Assembly (NCBI GenBank): GCA_963792585.1
Contig: CAWBWI010000001.1
Location: 672,001-736,000, forward strand
DNA: 64,000 nt
From: Candidatus Eiseniibacteriota bacterium
Lineage (GTDB): Bacteria > Eisenbacteria > RBG-16-71-46 > CAIMUX01 > VGJL01
Direction: 5' to 3'
Shown: one piece after another, positions 58,746 through 64,000 of the stretch
Layout of the letters: each line of letters starts with the position of its first letter
Numbering within the stretch: the first letter of the stretch is position 1
Made by a program: the position numbers and the translations under genes
The notes under the pieces: generated by a model
The model's database searches: none
What the model was told of the DNA's origin: nothing
The model's input: only the letters and a program-made list of their open reading frames with translations

Positions 58746-60872
58746 ATGAATCCCACCCGTGCGACTGCGGTCTGCCTCGGACTGCTCGTGATCGGTTCCA
58801 CCGTTGCCGAAGCAGGGCGGACCCGATCGTTCCGGCTCGAGGGCGCGACGGCCTTCCGCAAGGGCGAGATGAACGGCGCGACAATCGACGATGAGGGACG
58901 GGTCGGGCCTGGACCGGCGGCACGTCTCCTGGAGTCGGCCGCAGGCGCGCAGGCCTGGTCCATGATTCGGGACCGCCGGGGCGCCCTCATCGTGGCGACG
59001 GGATCCGACGGCGCGCTCTATCGCATCGTCGGGAAGGAGTCGAAGCGCATCGATGGCAGTTTCGAATACGAGCTCTTCGCCGTCGTCGAAGGCAGGGACG
59101 GCAGAGTTTTCGCCGCCGGCGCGCCCAACGCGACGATCTCCGAACTCCAGCCGGATGGCACCATCAAAACCTTCTTCGATACTCCTGAAAAAGTGATCTG
59201 GGCGCTGGCGGCCGATCCCGGCGGAAATCTCTACGCCGGCACGGGCGAGCGCGGAGCGCTGTATCGCATCGATCCGGACGGCAAGGCGAAGGTCCTCTAC
59301 TCCGTGGAGGACACACATGTAACCGCACTTGCGTGGTCGAGCGATGGGAAGTTGATCGCTGGAACTTCGGGAAGGGGACTCCTGCTCGAGATCGACCCGG
59401 TCGGCGGCGCGGCTCGCGTGCTCTTCGAGGCGCCGGTTCCGGAGATTCCGCGCCTGGTCGTAGCGCCTTCAGGGGAGATCTACTTCGCCGCTGCGGGCGT
59501 TCCCGATGCGCCCATGGCCAAGAAGGAACCCCCGGCGGGCGATGCGGAAACAGAAGAGCCCCCCGCGGAAGGCTCGCGCATCTTCGTACGAAGCACGGAT
59601 GGCACGGTTCGAGAGGTCTGGCAGTCTCCGGAGGAAACGGTTCACGCGCTCGCGCTCGATCGAGATGGCAATCTCCTGGTCGGCACGGGGAGCGAGGCGG
59701 CCCTCTATCGGATCACCCCCACGGGGAAGGAAACACTGATCTGGAGGCCGGAGGAGGGGCAAATCCTCTCGCTTCTGGTCGAGGAGTCGACCATCTTCGT
59801 CGGCACGGGAAATCCGGGGCGCGTCTATGCCCTGGGGCCGGAGCGCGCAGGAGATGCGTGGTTGCGGTCCGAGCCGCTCGATGCCGGCGCAGCGGCATCC
59901 TGGGGGCACGCCATTTGGGAGACCCTGCCCGGAACCGGGCGCTGGCAACTCGTCACGCGAAGCGGCCACACCGAAGAACCCGACTCGTCCTGGAGCCCAT
60001 GGAGTGCTCCGCTCGCCGATCCGGAAGGCTCGGCGATCCCGAGTCCGCCGGCTCGTTTCCTCCAGTGCGAGGCTCGATTCGCCTCTTCCGGGGACGGGCC
60101 GCCCTCGACCCTCAGGAGGATCTGGCTTCCGTACAGCACGCCGAATCGACCGCCCCGCATCGGTGAGATCCGCTTCTCACCGATCACACCAGGGGGAAGC
60201 CGGGACGCCAGAGATCCGGGAACCTACTCGCAAGATCTCGGCGGCGGCCTGCGGGTGCAGTTCCTGCGCGCGCAGGATGCGGGCGCTCCGGCGGAAGATG
60301 CCGACGGCCCGCCCGCGTGGGTTCGCGACGTCAAGTCCATCACCTGGGACGCGACCGATCCGGACGGGGACAACCTCCGCGCCAAGCTCGGGATCCGCCA
60401 GGTCGGCGAGGAGGGCTTCCGTATCCTGACGCGCAACCACGCCACCAACGGCTACGCGATGGACACCTCGACCCTTCCCGACGGCCGTTACGAGGTTCAT
60501 CTGCTCGTGAGCGACGCCTCCGCGAATCCGCCGGGAGAGGCGCTGACCGACGAGAGAATCGGTGGGCCGTTCCGCGTCGATCATCGGGCGCCGGTCTTCA
60601 ACGGCCTGACCGCGCGCAAGAGCGATGGACGCACCCTGCTCGCCGAGGGGACGGTCGTGGACGAAGGGTCGCCCATCGTGCGCCTCGATGTCTCGTGGGA
60701 CGGGAAACCATGGCGCCCCGCGGGATCGGTAGACGGATTCCTCGATGCGCGCACCGAGTCGTTCCGCATCGAGATCCCGCTCGATCTGGATGATGAAGGG
60801 CAATGGCTCGCGGTCCGCGCCACGGATGCCGGTGGGAACGAGGCGGTCGGTCGGGTCTGGCTCGCTCCGTAG
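58746..60872 (+). CDS. secreted beta-propeller (WD40-like) protein with C-terminal Ig/Fn3-like domains
   Basis: Signal peptide; repeated IWALA.D..GNLYAGTG..G.LYRI units; WDATDPDGD, PDGRYEV. Confidence 0.75.
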   Translation: MNPTRATAVCLGLLVIGSTVAEAGRTRSFRLEGATAFRKGEMNGATIDDEGRVGPGPAARLLESAAGAQAWSMIRDRRGALIVATGSDGALYRIVGKESKRIDGSFEYELFAVVEGRDGRVFAAGAPNATISELQPDGTIKTFFDTPEKVIWALAADPGGNLYAGTGERGALYRIDPDGKAKVLYSVEDTHVTALAWSSDGKLIAGTSGRGLLLEIDPVGGAARVLFEAPVPEIPRLVVAPSGEIYFAAAGVPDAPMAKKEPPAGDAETEEPPAEGSRIFVRSTDGTVREVWQSPEETVHALALDRDGNLLVGTGSEAALYRITPTGKETLIWRPEEGQILSLLVEESTIFVGTGNPGRVYALGPERAGDAWLRSEPLDAGAAASWGHAIWETLPGTGRWQLVTRSGHTEEPDSSWSPWSAPLADPEGSAIPSPPARFLQCEARFASSGDGPPSTLRRIWLPYSTPNRPPRIGEIRFSPITPGGSRDARDPGTYSQDLGGGLRVQFLRAQDAGAPAEDADGPPAWVRDVKSITWDATDPDGDNLRAKLGIRQVGEEGFRILTRNHATNGYAMDTSTLPDGRYEVHLLVSDASANPPGEALTDERIGGPFRVDHRAPVFNGLTARKSDGRTLLAEGTVVDEGSPIVRLDVSWDGKPWRPAGSVDGFLDARTESFRIEIPLDLDDEGQWLAVRATDAGGNEAVGRVWLAP

Positions 60873-60885
60873 GAGGACGACCCTC

Positions 60886-63743
<2,858 letters not shown>

Positions 63744-63882
63744 TGATCCCCTTCGGTTGCTCTCGTAGACTCCGAGCGTCCACCACCGGTTCCATCGGCC
63801 CACGGGCCGGATATCTGGAGCGGGACATCATCGAGAGTCTAGAAGGAGGCCCGAGTCCCCTGCAACCTCAGGCGGCAAAATC

Positions 63883-64000
63883 GTGACCGTGCCCGGAACG
63901 CCGCTCGAGGCGGAGCGGGTGAGCCGCAGTTTTGGGGCGATCCGGGCCGTGGAAGACCTCTCCTTCAAGGTGGAACGCGGGGAGATCGTCGGACTTCTGG
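63883..64000 (+). CDS. ABC transporter ATP-binding protein, 5' fragment
   Basis: MTVPGTPLEAERVSRSFGAIRAVEDLSFKVERGEIVGLL; runs off the window just before Walker A. Confidence 0.75.
   Translation, partial: MTVPGTPLEAERVSRSFGAIRAVEDLSFKVERGEIVGLL

Overview
GC-rich bacterial chromosomal segment, probably an FCB-group candidate-phylum organism. This is inferred from the FlgD/T9SS-like C-terminal domain, the DUF5683-like gene and the SpoIVB/propeller pair. It is mostly housekeeping genes: glmM-glmS, lepA-lepB-hemW, a leucine-catabolism (MCC/liu) cluster, dnaJ-rsmE, archaeal-type pheS/pheT, dacB, murB, clpP, trmB, mrp, maeB and an archaeal/eukaryote-type proS. Five tRNA genes are present: Phe, Thr, Sec, Leu and Ala. 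Many conserved genes carry single-base frameshifts, most likely long-read assembly errors. No CRISPR array, rRNA, integrase or IS element was found. The standout region is 45.3-53.4 kb. A sigma70 operon encodes an FG-GAP secreted protein, a degenerate Ser/Thr kinase-TPR protein and a GAF sigma54 activator. It is followed by palindromic TGT-N12-ACA enhancer-like sites and two sigma54 (-24/-12) promoters. The first drives an unannotated 23-aa hydrophobic peptide (MFVGGLVISFFWFLALAMGRAGW), and the second drives a ZU5-like lipoprotein with an HFS motif near its C-terminus. The same TGTAA-N8-TGACAC site overlaps the operon's own -35 box. Together this looks like a candidate peptide-signalling (RRNPP-like) circuit wired to sigma54; the function is inferred, not demonstrated.
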